Below are positions 25,001 to 49,385 of a DNA stretch of 64,000 nt, in pieces (the first letter of the stretch is position 1; each line of letters begins with the position of its first letter). The stretch lies in NCBI GenBank assembly GCA_002269645.1, contig NIVC01000440.1, positions 474,447 to 538,446 on the forward strand, written 5' to 3'. Source of the stretch: Macrostomum lignano (lineage: Eukaryota). The notes below the pieces were generated by a model. The model did not search any database and was not told the DNA's origin. It saw only the letters and a program-made list of their open reading frames with translations. Both the position numbers and the translations under genes were made by a program.

Positions 25001-28000
25001 ATGATACCAATTACCTGTAGAATAATACCAATTACCTGTAGAATAATACCAATTACCTGTAGAATGATACCAATTACCTGTAGAATAATACCAATTACCT
25101 GTAGAATAATACCAATTACCTGTAGAATGATACCAATTACCTGTAGAATGATACCAATTACCTGTAGAATAATACCAATTACCTGTAGAATAATACCAAT
25201 TACCTGTAGAATAATACCAATTACCTGTAGAATGATACCAATTACCTGTAGAATAATACCAATTACCTGTAGAATGATACCAATTACCTGTAGAATAATA
25301 CCAATTACCTGTAGAATGATACCAATTACCTGTAGAATTATTCCAATTACCTGTAGAATGATACCAATTACCTGTATAATAATACCAATTACCTGTAGAA
25401 TAATACCAATTACCTGTAGAATGATACCAATTACCTGTAGAATGATACCAATTACCTGTAGAATGATGCAAATTACCTGTAGAATGATACCAATTACCTG
25501 TAAAATGACGGCAATTACAAGTAGAAGACGCCAATTACCTGTAAAATGACGGCAATTACAAGTAGAAGACGCCAATTACCTGTAAAATGACGGCAATTAC
25601 AAGTAGAAGACGCCAATTACCTGTAAAATGACGGCAATTACAAGTAGAAGACGCCAATTACCTGTAAAATGACGGCAATTACAAGTAGAAGACGCCAATT
25701 ACCTGTAAAATGACGGCAATTACAAGTAGAAGACGCCAATTACCTGTAAAATGATGGCAATTACAAGTAGAAGACGCCAATTACCTGTAAAATGATGGCA
25801 ATTACAAGTAGAAGACGCCAATTACCTGTAAAATGACGGCAATTACAAGTAGAAGACGCCAATTACCTGTAAAATGACGGCAATTACAAGTAGAAGACGC
25901 CAATTACCTGTAAAATGACGGCAATTACAAGTAGAAGACGCCAATTACCTGTAAAATGACGGCAATTACAAGTAGAAGACGCCAATTACCTGTAAAATGA
26001 CGGCAATTACAAGAAGAAGACGCCAATTACCTGTAAAATGACGGCAATTACAAGTAGAAGACGCCAATTACCTGTAAAATGACGGCAATTACAAGTAGAA
26101 GACGCCAATTACCTGTAAAATGACGGCAATTACAAGTAGAAGACGCCAATTACCTGTAAAATGACGGCAATTACAAGTAGAAGACGCAAATTACCTGTAA
26201 AATGATGGCAATTACAAGTAGAAGACGCCAATTACCTGTAAAATGACGGCAATTACAAGTAGAAGACGCCAATTACCTGTAAAATGACGGCAATTACAAG
26301 TAGAAGACGCCAATTACCTGTAAAATGACGGCAATTACAAGTAGAAGACGCCAATTACCTGTAAAATGATGGCAATTACAAGTAGAAGACGCCAATTACC
26401 TGTAAAATGACGGCAATTACAAGTAGAAGACGCCAATTACCTGTAAAATGACGGCAATTACAAGTAGAAGACGCCAATTACCTGTAAAATGATGGCAATT
26501 ACAAGTAGAAGACGCCAATTACCTGTAAAATGACGGCAATTACAAGTAGAAGACGCCAATTACCTGCATAAAGTGACGGCAAACTTACAGATATCACTGC
26601 ACAAAAACTGCATACTGAAGCAATGGCATCGCACCCCCCACCAAATGATTGATTGCAGCAGCGAAATGAATCAGACAATTCATTTCTCGAGAGCCACCAG
26701 GCGCGACTGCGTGAACACCTATGCGGTGCACAAATTCATCCGGCACTGCGGGTGCCTGCCCTCCTTCCTGCCCATACCAGTGGAATTCTTTCCAACTTAT
26801 AACTACTGCTTCGATGACAAGACGGATCTACTCAGCATTGAGAGCACTGAGGCCTGCTACATGCGGCTCATGGCTTCAATCTCCCGCTACGAGATGGAGG
26901 CCAGGCAGCTCTGTCTGGACATGTGCGAGCGGAGGTCGTACGCCATCAGACCCGTCACTTATCCTTGGCCAGGCCTCACTATTGACTCCGCTACGGACTT
27001 TCTGCACAATAGCCTGGGCGATTGGTCCTATCCCTACAATTTCCTATTCTCCAAGGGCGTAGCCAATCTGTTCTACATGGACATCAGGACCAAGGAGGTT
27101 CAGGCTAGACGGTCCAATTTATCAGCTAACGAGATGCTGGAGTTTACAAACGAGCTCCAGAATGTGGAGCGAAGTTTGGCTAAGATCTCCATTCAGGCTT
27201 TGAGCGACTTTGGTCAAGAGATGACCGAGGAGCCGTCCTATACTACTAAGAACTTGATGGCCGATCTTGGCGGTGAGTATGAAAGCTGGCCTGCTCGCGG
27301 TCACGTGATGTTTTTTTGCGCAACAAGTTATGATACTGTGAGGTTTAAATACAGAGAGTGGTGTGGGGCTATATGGTGAGGAGTAAAAACAGGGATGTGG
27401 GGGGGGGGGTTAGAGGATGAAGAGGTAGAAAAACAGCGCAGCGAGTGGTTGGGGCTATGGGAAAAAGAGGGTAGAAAAACAGGGAGTGGGGTGGGGCTAT
27501 GGGCTGACGGGGGTAGAAAAACACAGGGCGGCAGGGAGTGGGGTGGGGCTATGGGCTGAGGGGGTAGAAAAACACAGGGCGGCAGGGAGTGAGGTGGGGC
27601 TATGGGCTGAGGGGATAAAAAACACAGAGTGGCAGGGAGTGGAGTGGGGCTATGGGCTGAGGGGGGTAGAAAAACACAGAGTGGCAGGGAGTGGAGTACG
27701 TGGGGCTATGGGCTGAGGGGGGTAGAAAAACACAGGGTGGCAGGGAGTGGGGTGGGCTATGGGCTGAGGGGATAGAAAAACACAGAGTGGCAGGGAGTGG
27801 AGTGGGGCTATGGGCTGAGGGGATAGAAAAACACAGAGTGGCAGGGAGTGGAGTGGGGCTATGGGCTGAGGGGGGTAGAAAAACACAGGGTGGTAGGGAG
27901 TGGGGTGGGCTATGGGCTGAGGGGATAGAAAAACACAGAGTGGCAGGGAGTGGAGTGGGGCTATGGGCTGAGGGGGGTAGAAAAACACAGGGTGGCAGGG

Positions 28001-28413
28001 AGTGGGGTGGGCTATGGGCTGAGGGGATAGAAAAACACAGAGTGGCAGGGAGTGGAGTGGGGCTATGGGCTGAAGGGGGTGGAAAAACACAGGGCAACAG
28101 GCGATAGAGTGTGCTAGTGGAGAGGCTTGAAAGGGTGCTAGACTATATGCAACAAAAAACTAAGCGAACACCCTACCCAGGCGCACTGGGCCTCTGGTCG
28201 GGCATCTCAGTGCTGACCGTGTGCGAGCTGATCGAGCTGCTTGTCTACGCCATTTTGACTGCGCGTCAGCGAATCGCGGCTAAGAAGCGAATCTCCCAGG
28301 AGGCGGCGCACAGGGCGGAGGTCGCGGCTGGCAAACCGGAGCCGTCGCGGTCGCCTGTGCACGGCGAAGAGTTTGAAATTTCTCAGCTAAAAAATGAAAA
28401 CGAATCGGGTTAA
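13005..28413 (+). CDS. DEG/ENaC family cation channel with kringle-like, WSC and kringle modules; 965 aa when the exon-6 insertion is removed
   Basis: Exons 13005-13295, 13457-13652, 13994-14296, 14596-14895, 15390-15584, 16021-16066+22791-22886, 23167-23261, 23597-23961, 24258-24463, 26701-27272 and 28181-28413 total 2898 nt with all phases consistent. Motifs: TTAHG, TM1, FPDVYFC, CTFGEHLC..DF...PEFGVCHRFN, a Cys-rich thumb, and LMADLGGALGLWSGISVLT (TM2 with GxS filter). Confidence 0.92.
13688..13778. repeat. 15-bp minisatellite, 6 copies
   Basis: TGGTGCTGGCGCCCC repeats in DEG/ENaC intron 2. Confidence 0.9.
15227..15330. repeat. 20-bp minisatellite
   Basis: About 5 copies of CTGTAGTAGACTGTATCGCA in intron 4. 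Confidence 0.85.
15700..16005. repeat. 29-bp minisatellite
   Basis: GTGACTGTCTGACACACAGCTGTCATCCC repeats in intron 5, ending about 15 nt before the acceptor. Confidence 0.9.
16067..22788. mobile_element. 6.7-kb non-autonomous foldback-type DNA transposon inserted in DEG/ENaC exon 6
   Basis: The arms mirror about coordinate sum 38855 and are near-identical from 16067 to ~17785 versus ~21070 to 22788. Termini are CAACTACGTATCGCGCC. The target is the palindrome TGTACA (TA duplication; GTAC or TGTACA are equally compatible). The exon frame resumes after removal. No transposase ORF was seen. Confidence 0.9.
17973..18222. mobile_element. 250-bp hairpin MITE nested in the foldback element
   Basis: About 100-bp arms (TCCTGTGTTACGACA...) with one mismatch seen, CATG on both flanks, and a short loop. 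Confidence 0.85.
23985..24230. repeat. 20-22-bp minisatellite
   Basis: TTAGACAATATCAGCACCTG variants in intron 8. Confidence 0.85.
24715..26567. repeat. Compound array: 21-bp monomers (~24715-25500), then 41-bp dimers (~25500-26567)
   Basis: CCAATTACCTGTAGAATGATA repeats are followed by CCAATTACCTGTAAAATGACG+GCAATTACAAGTAGAAGACG repeats. The array fills most of intron 9. Confidence 0.95.
27475..28090. repeat. ~52-bp G-rich minisatellite
   Basis: GGGTAGAAAAACACAGAGTGGCAGGGAGTGGAGTGGGGCTATGGGCTGAGG units in intron 10. Confidence 0.9.
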
Positions 28414-28949
28414 GTTTGTCTTTAAATGTGATGGAAATTTTGTTTAATAAATTTTTGAGTTTCCTAATGTATGTTAATGTATGTTTTCGGTAAAACCTGC
28501 CTCCTAAAATTCTATAAGAAATGTAGTTCCTAGAAAATACATGTACGCGTGGGCAGCTCGTACAGCTGTGTTATATTTATCTACGAATATGCCAAAATAT
28601 CTTTGTTTATCTACTCAGCTGTCCCTTATTATTCTCACCTAATTATATTGATTATCAACTCAATTTATATGCTTTTTACTCGTAAATGATGTAATATAGC
28701 CTTTAAACACTCGTGATTAAACTCTAAATCAGTCAGTGTCAAACCCTTAATACCTGTGAACGTCAATAGCGCCATTTGCCATGGCTATTTTATCTCTGAA
28801 ATCTATACATTTTACTGCTACAAAATTATTGACCACCTATCTGCATAATGCCATTTGTAATGACGCCAAAACATGGCCAGTTATTATTTGCATGTAATTC
28901 TGTGACCAAGAGATGCTAGTTTTGCTGTTTGCACATACGATACGAGTTA

Positions 28950-30270
28950 CCGATGACACCCCGATACCAATCCTGACACCCTGATACCAATCCTGACACC
29001 CCGATACCAATCCTGACACCCTGATACCAATCCTGACACCCCGATACCAATCCTGACACCCCGATACCAATCCTGACACCCCGATACCAATCCTGACACC
29101 CCGATACCAATCCTGACACCCCGATACCAATCCTGACACCCCGATACTATACCGGACACCCCGATACCAATCCTGACACCCCAACACCAATCCTGACACC
29201 CCGATACCAATCCTGACACCCCGATACCAATCCTGACACCCCGATACCAATCCTGACACCCCGATACCAATCCTGACACCCTGATAACAATCCTGACACC
29301 CCCGATACTATACCTGACACCCCGATACCAATCCTGACACCCCGATACCAATCCTGACACCCCGATACCAATCCTGACACCCTGATACTATACCGGACAC
29401 CACGATACCAATCCTGACACCCCAACACCAATCCTGACACCCTGATACCAATCCTGACACCCCGATACCAATCCTGACACCCCGATACTATACCTGACAC
29501 CCCGATACCAATCCTGACACCCCGATACTATACCTGACACCTGATACCAATCTTGAAACCCCGATACTATACCTGACACCCTGATACCAATCCTGACACC
29601 CCAATACCAAGCCTGACACCCCAATACCAAGCCTGACACTCCAATACCAAGCCTGACACTCAAATACCAAGCCTGACACCCCAATACCAAGCCTGAAACT
29701 TCAATACCAATCTTGACACCCCAATACCAAGCCTGACACCCTAATACCAAGCCTGACACCCCAATACCAAGCCTGACACTCCAATACCAAGCCTGACACT
29801 CAAATACCAAGCCTGACACCCCGATACCAATCCTGACACCCCGATACCAATCCTGACACCCCGATACTATACCTGACACCCCGATACCAATCCTGACACC
29901 CCGATACTATACCTGACACCCCGATACCAATCCTGACACCCCGATACCAATCCTGACACCCCGATACCAATCCTGACACCCCGATACCAATCCTGACACC
30001 CCGATACTATACCTGACACCCCAATACAAAGCCTGACCCCCGATACTAATCCTGACACCCTGATACAAATCCTGACACCCTGATACAAATCCTGACACCC
30101 TGATACCAATCCTGACACCCTGATACAAATCCTGACACCCTGATACCAATCCTGACACCCCAAAACCAATCTTGACATCCCAATACCAAGCCTGACACTC
30201 CAATAAGCCTGACACCCCGATACCAATCCTGACACCCTAATACCAATCCTGACACCCCGAAACCAACCAA
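28950..30270. repeat. 20-bp minisatellite, ~65 copies
   Basis: CCGATACCAATCCTGACACC repeats in the intergenic region. Confidence 0.95.
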
Positions 30271-30704
30271 TTTGTAAGGCTTGTCAACATCTTTTTAAAG
30301 TGCAAATGACAGATGCTGACTGGCTGACTCTGATAATAGTTATTAATAAACCAGGCATCTAGACATTTTATTCGCTACTTCGCTGGTATACTACAGAAAA
30401 TGAAATTCTACACAGACAGAGAGCAGAGTAACTGAGAAGTGCAGTTTAGCACAGCTAATCAGTGATTTAATAACAATAGCTTTTGAAAATGGAAAAAATG
30501 CTGCAATCCGAGTTTGCTTAGCAATATTTATTATATTACCATTTAACTATATAAAACTGCATATACAAAATATAATAGCGGAGCAAAGGGAAGGAAATAT
30601 TTAAAAATTTTATGCTATTGTGCGCTGCGCGTGGGCAAAGCGTTGAAATATAGTCTTACTGAGTGCAAAGTAATCTGAGCATTCATATTTAGCTTCGGGA
30701 GAAA

Positions 30705-31390
30705 TTAGGGAGAGACAGTGAGATTAGGGAGAGACAGTGAGATTAGGGAGAGAGAGACAGTGAGATTAGAGAGAGAGAGAGAGACAGTGAGATAAGAGAG
30801 AGAGAGACAGTGAGATTAGAGAGAGAGACAATGAAATTAGAGATAGAGAGACAGTGAGATTAGAGAAAGAGACAGTGAGATTAGAGAGAGACAGTGAGAT
30901 TAGATAGAGAGACAGTGAGATTAGAGAAAGAGACAGTGAGATTAGAGAGAGACAGTGAGATTAGATAGAGAGACAGTGAGATTAGAGAGAGGGAGAGAGA
31001 GAGACAGTGAGACTAGGGAGAGACAGTGAGATTAGGGAGAGACAATGAGATAGAGAAACAGACAGTGAGATAAGAGAGATAAGAGAGACAGTGAGATTAG
31101 AGAGAGGGAGAGAGAGAGACAGTGAGACTAGGGAGAGACAGTGAGATTAGGGAGAGACAATGAGATAGAGAAACAGACAGTGAGATAAGAGAGATAAGAG
31201 AGACAGTGAGATAAGAGAGATAAGAGAGACAGTGAGATTAGGGGTAAACAGACAGTGAGATTAGGGAGAGACAGTGAGATTAGGGAGAGACAATGAGATA
31301 GAGAAACAGACAGTGAGATAAGAGAGATAAGAGAGACAGTGAGATTAGGGGTAAACAGACAGTGAGATTAGGGAGAGACAGTGAGATTTG
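30705..31390. repeat. GA-rich tandem repeat
   Basis: GAGACAGTGAGATTAGGGA variants. Confidence 0.9.
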
Positions 31391-32080
31391 GGAAAACAAA
31401 GGTACGCAAGTGGTATACAATACTACTGCATAAGAGTCTATTAGTAAGCAGTAGCGCACAGGACAGTTATTATATCATAAAATCTGTGAAAAAGCTTAAA
31501 TGATTCTTTTATTATCCTACACTTCTTTGCAGAAGAGAATCGAGAAAGACGGCAAAGCAATCAAGCGACAAGAAAAGAGTAAACAAAATACAACTCATAG
31601 CTGATTGAATACGCAAACAATAACAAAGCACGATTGAATGAGAACTATGAAGGCGGGCAACTTCGCAGAACATTTCGAACCCAACAAGTGGCCCAACATC
31701 TGTTGAAATTTTGAATATTTCAAATCTAAGTTGACAGCTAAACGACATTCAGATATTCGAGAGAAAATAGAAAAAAAACGTGGTCCAAGTTAACAGCTCG
31801 GAAGCGACAAAAAGTTAAACAAATAAATAAAAAAACTTTTTATTAAATTGCAGCGGATCGCAGACTACTTATCAGCAGTAGTGTAATTTGCTGTGCTTGA
31901 GCTGCAACTGCAAGTGTTTTGCAGTTCAGATATCTAGCGAATTAGTTTACTGGTTGACAGCTAAGCTCGTAGAGGATAACTGTTGGATGGACAGTGAAGA
32001 AAGACGTTGTTGTGGCGGAGGGATTGCTGGGAACGACCGCCGATGGCAATTGCAGCCAGAGACAAAGGGAGGGAGAGTGG

Positions 32081-33110
32081 AGAGGGAGAGGGGGAGAGAT
32101 CCAGGGAGAGGAGAGAAAGGGTAGGGAGACGAGAGAGAAGGGTAGGGAGAGGAGAGAGAAGGGTAGGGAGAGAGAAGGGTAGGGAGAGGGGCGCAAAGGG
32201 TAGGGAGAGGAGAGAGAAGGGTAGGGAGAGGGGCGCAAAGGGTAGGGAGAGGAGATAGAAGGGTAGGGAGAGAGAAGGGTAGGGAGAGGAGAGAGAAGGG
32301 TAGGGAAAGAGAAGGGTAGGGAGAGGAGAGAGAAGGGTAGGGAGAAGGGAGCGAAGGGTGGGGAGGAGAGAGAAAGGTAAGGAGAGGAGAGAGAAGGGTA
32401 GGGAGAGGAGAGAGAAGGGTAGGGAGAGGAGAGAGAAGGGTAGGGAGAGGGGAGAGAAGGGTAGGGAGAGGAGAGAGTAGAGTAGGGAGAGGAGAGAGAA
32501 GGGTAGGGAGAGGGGCGCAAAGGGTAGGGAGAGGAGAGAGAAGGGTAGGGAGTGGGGACCGAAGGGTAGGGAGAGGAGAGCGAAGGGTGGGGAGAGGAGA
32601 GAGAAGGGTGGGGAGAGGAGAGAGAAGGGTAGGGAGAGGGGAGCGAAGGGTAGGGAGAGGAGAGAGAAGGGTAGGGAGAGGAGAGAGAAGGGTGGGGAGA
32701 GGGGAGCGAAGGGTAGGGAAAGGAGAGAGAAGGGTAGGGAGAGGGGAGAGAAGGGTAGGGAGAGAGAAGGGTAGGGAGAGGGGAGCGAAGGGTGGGAAGA
32801 GGAGAGAGAAGGGTAGGGAGAGGGGAGCGAAGGGTAGGGAGAGGAGAGAGAAGGGTAGGGAGAGGGGAGAGAAGGGTGGGGAGAGGAGAGAGAAGGGAAG
32901 GGAGAGGGGAGCGAAGGGTGGGGAGAGGAGAGAGAAGGGTAGGGAGAGGGGAGAGAAGGGTAGGGAGAGGAGAGAGAAGGGTAGGGAGAGGGGAGAGAAG
33001 GGTAGGGAGAGAGAAGGGTAGGGAGAGGGGAGCGAAGGGTAGGGAGAGGAGAGAAGGGTAGGGAGAGGGGAGCGAAGGGTAGGGAGAGGAGAGAAGGGTA
33101 GGGCGAGTGG
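32081..33110. repeat. ~1-kb polypurine 21-bp array
   Basis: AAGGGTAGGGAGAGGAGAGAG units, almost purine-only on the plus strand. Confidence 0.95.
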
Positions 33111-33221
33111 AGGCAGAGGAAAATGACACTAAGGCCAGAAAAGAATGCTAAAGGACAGGCAGTCAGCGGTGCTTCAAGGTCAGAATGCAGGATGAAGTGC
33201 ACGAGCTGTCGGCAAGCCAGC

Positions 33222-44513
<11,292 letters not shown>

Positions 44514-46043
44514 TAAAATATTAAGTTAAAGGCTAGACTATACTCGCTTTAGCTGTTACTAGTACATACAAGTACTAGACTGCTAGGTTATACTAGTACT
44601 AGTACAGTACAGACTATGCGGCTATGCCTGTGCTATACGAAGATAAAATTTAAAAAATGACAAATCAAGGGGCATGGTGCGACGATAACCTAATTTACTA
44701 ACAACTGTTAAATCTTATGAATTCCATCGGATATTTTAGCTAGTTTTTAAGTGGGCTCGGAAGTTAACAAACGAGTTCATGCTTGAAATGTGCTAAAGGT
44801 CGTAAAGGAAAATGTTTTTTAGCCATATATAGTAATTGAATCCAGGGGCTTGATTTCAAAAAGTTGAGTACGAATAAGAACAAACTTTAACAAGGCAACT
44901 CTATAATGTAATTATTTATGCAGGATTGTATTACAAACTACATTTAACTTTTTTTTAATTGTACTTTTAATTACTTCAGTAATTCTACTAGTGCTTTAAA
45001 AATGTTACCTATCTACCGAACGTTAGTATCAACGACTTGCAAAATAATCCCGTTATTCTAAAGTTTACTTGTTTATCCGGTAATATAGGTTTAAAGCAGA
45101 GGTTTCGTTATAAATTTTATGGCGGAAGGGGACAAAACGAAGCAGTTCAAACTAAAAGTTCCTAGCTATATTATTATGAGAATCAGTGTTTTTGGCGGCA
45201 ACAGAATTTAGGAGCCACATACACTCATTTTGGCAACCCTTTTGGAGCAAAATTCTCGATTTCTATAATAGTAACAGGTCACGAGGCGAGGCAGTAATAA
45301 AGCATTTGCATGTTCCCCTTGTGCTCCCCCTCCCTGGTGGCGACGCTCCTGGCCTGAAGCCTGAATTTTCTCATTTACTGCACCTTGGGTACCAGAGTGC
45401 AGACGTTACAGAATTGTACATGTACACATGTAGATGGAGGAAATCCAAGTCCAACCCTCTATAACTGAATTATGGCTAGTACAATCTACATCATCATGTC
45501 TTCATGGTCTTATTCTTGAGAGATAGTTCCAATTCCAAAGTGTCCTAGTTAGTTTAAAAATATAATAATTTGAATTGCAGTTTTTATCAGCAGTTAAGGA
45601 AAACTAGAAAATTATGGATTGTAAAATGCTCGTAGTGCAGTTTTCTGCAGACATAATTTGCATTGTTTCACGTTGTTTTCTCTAGCAAAGTCCGTACCTT
45701 CTGTCCCCTACATGACGACAAACGAAGGAATTAGAAGGAATACTTTAAAAGAAGTCAGATCAACTTCCATCTGATTTATGATTTATAATTACTTAAATGA
45801 ATTACGAGCGTTGCTCGAAATAAAATAATTAAATACAGAAGCCAGGTACAGAGTACACTGACATGCAAATAATAATTAATACCACAAATTCAAACAATCA
45901 AATCGTTAGATTTCAAACTGCAATTACATGATGCTTAAACTGAAGAAATGCTTGCATTATTTATTGATAAAAATGGTGCCACGCAATCATTCGGCAGTTC
46001 ATTCTTAGCAACAGCGCTCAAATCATTGGTAATTAGTCTCATG

Positions 46044-48808
46044 CTAAACCGCAACGTACTTCTGCCAGACGTCGGGAAACTGTCTGGACATCCGGGCAAT
46101 TCGCTGGCGCAGCTGGCCAGGCGTCAACTGATAAGCGTTTCGCCTATCCAACGACATGGCCTCGTAGTCAGCTGAGTGACGCCTAACTAATTCGGCCAGC
46201 AACAGCAGGTCCGCCTGCGGTATGTGATGCTTCACCCGTTCGCCAACAGACGCCTTGGCTTGTAGGGCCGCAACTGTTGGTGTCTCCTTGGTGACGGAAG
46301 ATTTGCTAGACGCTTTTCTGGCTCGCTTCCGAGAATTCGAGGCATCTGCAGGTGAGAAAAAGATTTCAGGGTGACAAAAATCTAATATTCTCAATGGGAC
46401 TGGGGCGATTCTCAATGGGACCAGGGCGATTCTCAATGGGACTGGGGCGATTCTCAATGGGACCAGGGCGATTCCCAATGGGACCAGGGCGATTCTCAAT
46501 GGGACTGGGGCGATTCTCAATGGGACTGGGGCGATTCTCAATAGGACTGGGGCGATTCTCAATGGGACTGGGGCGATTCTCAATGGGACCAGGGCGATTC
46601 TCAATGGGACTGGGGCGATTCTCAATGGGACTGGGGCGATTCTCAATGGGACTGGGGCGATTCTCAATGGGACTGGGGCGATTCTCAATGGGACTGGGGC
46701 GATTCTCAATGGGACCAGGGCGATTCTCAATGGGACCAGGGCGATTCTCAATGGGACTGGGGCGATTCTCAATGGGACCAGGGCGATTCTCAATGGGACT
46801 GGGGCGATTGTCAATGGGACTGGGGCGATTCTCAATGGGACCAGGGCGATTCTCAATGGGACTGGGGCAATTCTCAATGGGACTGGGGTAATTCTCAATG
46901 GGACCAGGGCGATTCTCAATGGGATTGGGCGATTCTCAATGGGACTGGGGCGATTCTCAATGGGATTGGGGCGATTCTCAATGGGACTGGGGCGATTCTC
47001 AATAGGACTGGGGCGATTCTCAATGGGACTGGGGCGATTCTCAATAGGACTGGGGCGATTCTCAATGGGACTGGGGCGATTCTCAATGGGAATGGGGCGA
47101 TTCTCAATGGGACTGGGGCGATTCTCAATGGGACTGGGGCGATTCTCAATGGGACTGGGGCGATTCTCAATAGGACTGAGGCGATTCTCAATAGGACTGG
47201 GGCGATTCTCAATGGGACTGGGGCGATTCCCACTGGGGAATGGGGCGATTCTCAATGGGAAGTGGGCGATTTTCAATCTTAGTTGAGGCGATTCTCAACC
47301 TAAGATCCAGCCTTGGAAGTCCAAGACCACACCGCACTGTATTTGCAAGCATGCTCACCTTTACCAGCGGCGCCATCTCCAGAAACAGCCGCAGCCTCCG
47401 TTCTCTCTTCGCTGCCCTCATCGTTGACAGAATCATCGACTGGAGCGTCGCCGTCAACCAGGGCTGGCAGGCGGGGCTTCGGCACCCGAAGGTCACTCCG
47501 GGATCGTAGCACAGGCCGAGCCGACTGAAGTTGCTGCGAGCTGAGCTGCCGGCCTGCCAGGCGGCCTGTACCAGAGGGTGTGGGGGAACAGAGTGCGTAT
47601 TAGGCATTCGTGAAATAGCAGATATTGTGACAGCTCGCGTCAAATTCGCTATGAGCAGCAGGGCATGGCGGCGACCATTTGGGTACTTTTAGATGTCCAC
47701 TGCATCCTGTCTTTATCAGTTGGGATGTCCACTGCATCCTGTCTTTATCAGTTGGGATGTCCACTGCATCATGTCTTTATCAGTTGGGATGTCCACCGCA
47801 TCATGTCTTTATCAGTTGGGATGTCCACCGCATTCTGTCTTTATCAGTTGGGATGTCCACTGCATCCTGTCTTTATCAGTTGGGATGTCCACTGCATCAT
47901 GTCTTTATCAGTTGGGATGTCCACTGCATCATGTCTTTATCAGTTGGGATGTCCACTGCATCATGTCTTTATCAGTTGGGATGTCCACTGCATCATGTCT
48001 TTATCAGTTGGGATGTCCACTGCATCCTGTCTTTATCAGTTGGGATGTCAACTGCATCCTGTCTTTATCAGTTCGGATGTCCACTGCATCCTGTCTTTAT
48101 CAGTTCGGATGTCCACTGCATCATGTCTTTATCAGTTCGGATGTCCACTGCATCATGTCTTTATCAGTTGGGATGTCCACTGCATCCTGTCTTTATCAGT
48201 TGGGATGTCAACTGCATCCTGTCTTTATCAGTTCGGATGTCCACTGCATCCTGTCTTTATCAGTTCGGATGTCCACTGCATCATGTCTTTATCAGTTCGG
48301 ATGTCCACTGCATCATGTCTTTATCAGTTGGGATGTCCACCGCATCCTGTCTTAAACAGTTGGGATGTCCACCGCATCCTGTCTTAAACAGTTGGGATGT
48401 CCACCGCATCCTGTCTTAAACAGTTGGGATGTCCACCGCATCCTGTCTTAAACAGTTGGGATGTCCACCGCATCCTGTCTTAAACAGTTGGGATGTCCAC
48501 CGCATCCTGTCTTAAACAGTTGGGATGTCCACCGCATCCTGTCTTAAACAGTTGGGATGTCCACCGCATCCTGTCTTAAACAGTTAGGATGTCCAAAACA
48601 TCCTGTCTCAAACAGTTGGGATGTCCATCGCACTAGCTATCATCCAAAACAAGCATGGGTTGCAGAGGACCAGGAAGCACTGTCGGCTCACCTGTACATC
48701 AGCATCCGACACGAGCACCTCAGTGGACTGAGTTTGCTTGTTGCGCCACTGCCGTTTTCGATTGGTATGGTAGCGAAACCGTTTGGCTCGCTTCTTTACT
48801 TTACCCAT
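46044..48808 (-). CDS. NOP16: Nucleolar protein 16 homolog, 3 exons, with an apparent 1-nt deletion in exon 2
   Basis: Exons 48692-48808, 47359-47565 and 46044-46345. Translation includes MGKVKKRAKRFRYHTNRKRQW, AAWQAGSSARSNFSRLGLCYDP and HSADYEAMSLDRRNAYQLTPGQLRQRI..FPDVW, matching the recalled NOP16 pattern. Confidence 0.85.
46388..47300. repeat. 21-bp minisatellite filling NOP16 intron 2
   Basis: About 43 copies of ATTCTCAATGGGACTGGGGCG. Confidence 0.95.
47690..48620. repeat. 32-bp minisatellite filling NOP16 intron 1
   Basis: GTTGGGATGTCCACTGCATCCTGTCTTTATCA variants. Confidence 0.95.
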
Positions 48809-49089
48809 GATGGCAAATGCACGGCAGTTTCATTAGTTTATAAGTGTAGAAAAGTGTAAAATAAGCTGATAAATAGAATTTCTCGTAGTGGAAATGAGAG
48901 AAGAGTTCAGGGACATTGAGTAAAGACGTTTGATCTGTGACAAGATTGGGAAACCGTCAGGCAGTGACTAAAGGATTGACTCAAAATAACAGCCTGAATA
49001 ATACATAGAGACTCATCCAAAAACTGGGAATGAATTACAGAGTAACTCGGGTAATAACTAAGTTACACTGACTCAAAGAAATACTGACC

Positions 49090-49385
49090 GAATCATAGAG
49101 TGACTTAGAGAATAACTGAGGGTGAATCATAGAGTGACTTAGGGAATAATTGAGGGTGAATCATAGAGTGACTCAGGCAATAACTGAGGGTGAATCATAG
49201 AGTGACTCAGGGAATAACTGAGAGTCAATCATGGAGTGACTCAGGGAATAACTGAGGGTGAATCATAGAGTGACTCAGGGAATAACTGAGGGTGAATCAT
49301 AGAGTGACTCAGGGAATAACTGAGGGTGAATCATAGAGTGACTCAGGGAATAACTGACGGTGAATCATAGAGTGACTCAGGGAAT
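49090..49385. repeat. 34-bp minisatellite
   Basis: GAGGGTGAATCATAGAGTGACTCAGGGAATAACT repeats. Confidence 0.9.

Noticed and set aside
24550-25575. Long repetitive ORFs (ILQVIGI, STGNWYH, IPITCRM) and similar ones at 28.8-30.3, 31.9-33.2, 34.0-34.6, 37.1-37.9, 41.2-41.7, 46.3-47.3 and 47.7-48.4 kb
   Set aside because: They are translations of stop-free minisatellites lying in introns or intergenic DNA, and are often open in several frames at once.
45186-45464. 92-aa ORF between UBASH3 and NOP16
   Set aside because: It has a non-ATG start, no motif and no splice-compatible neighbours.
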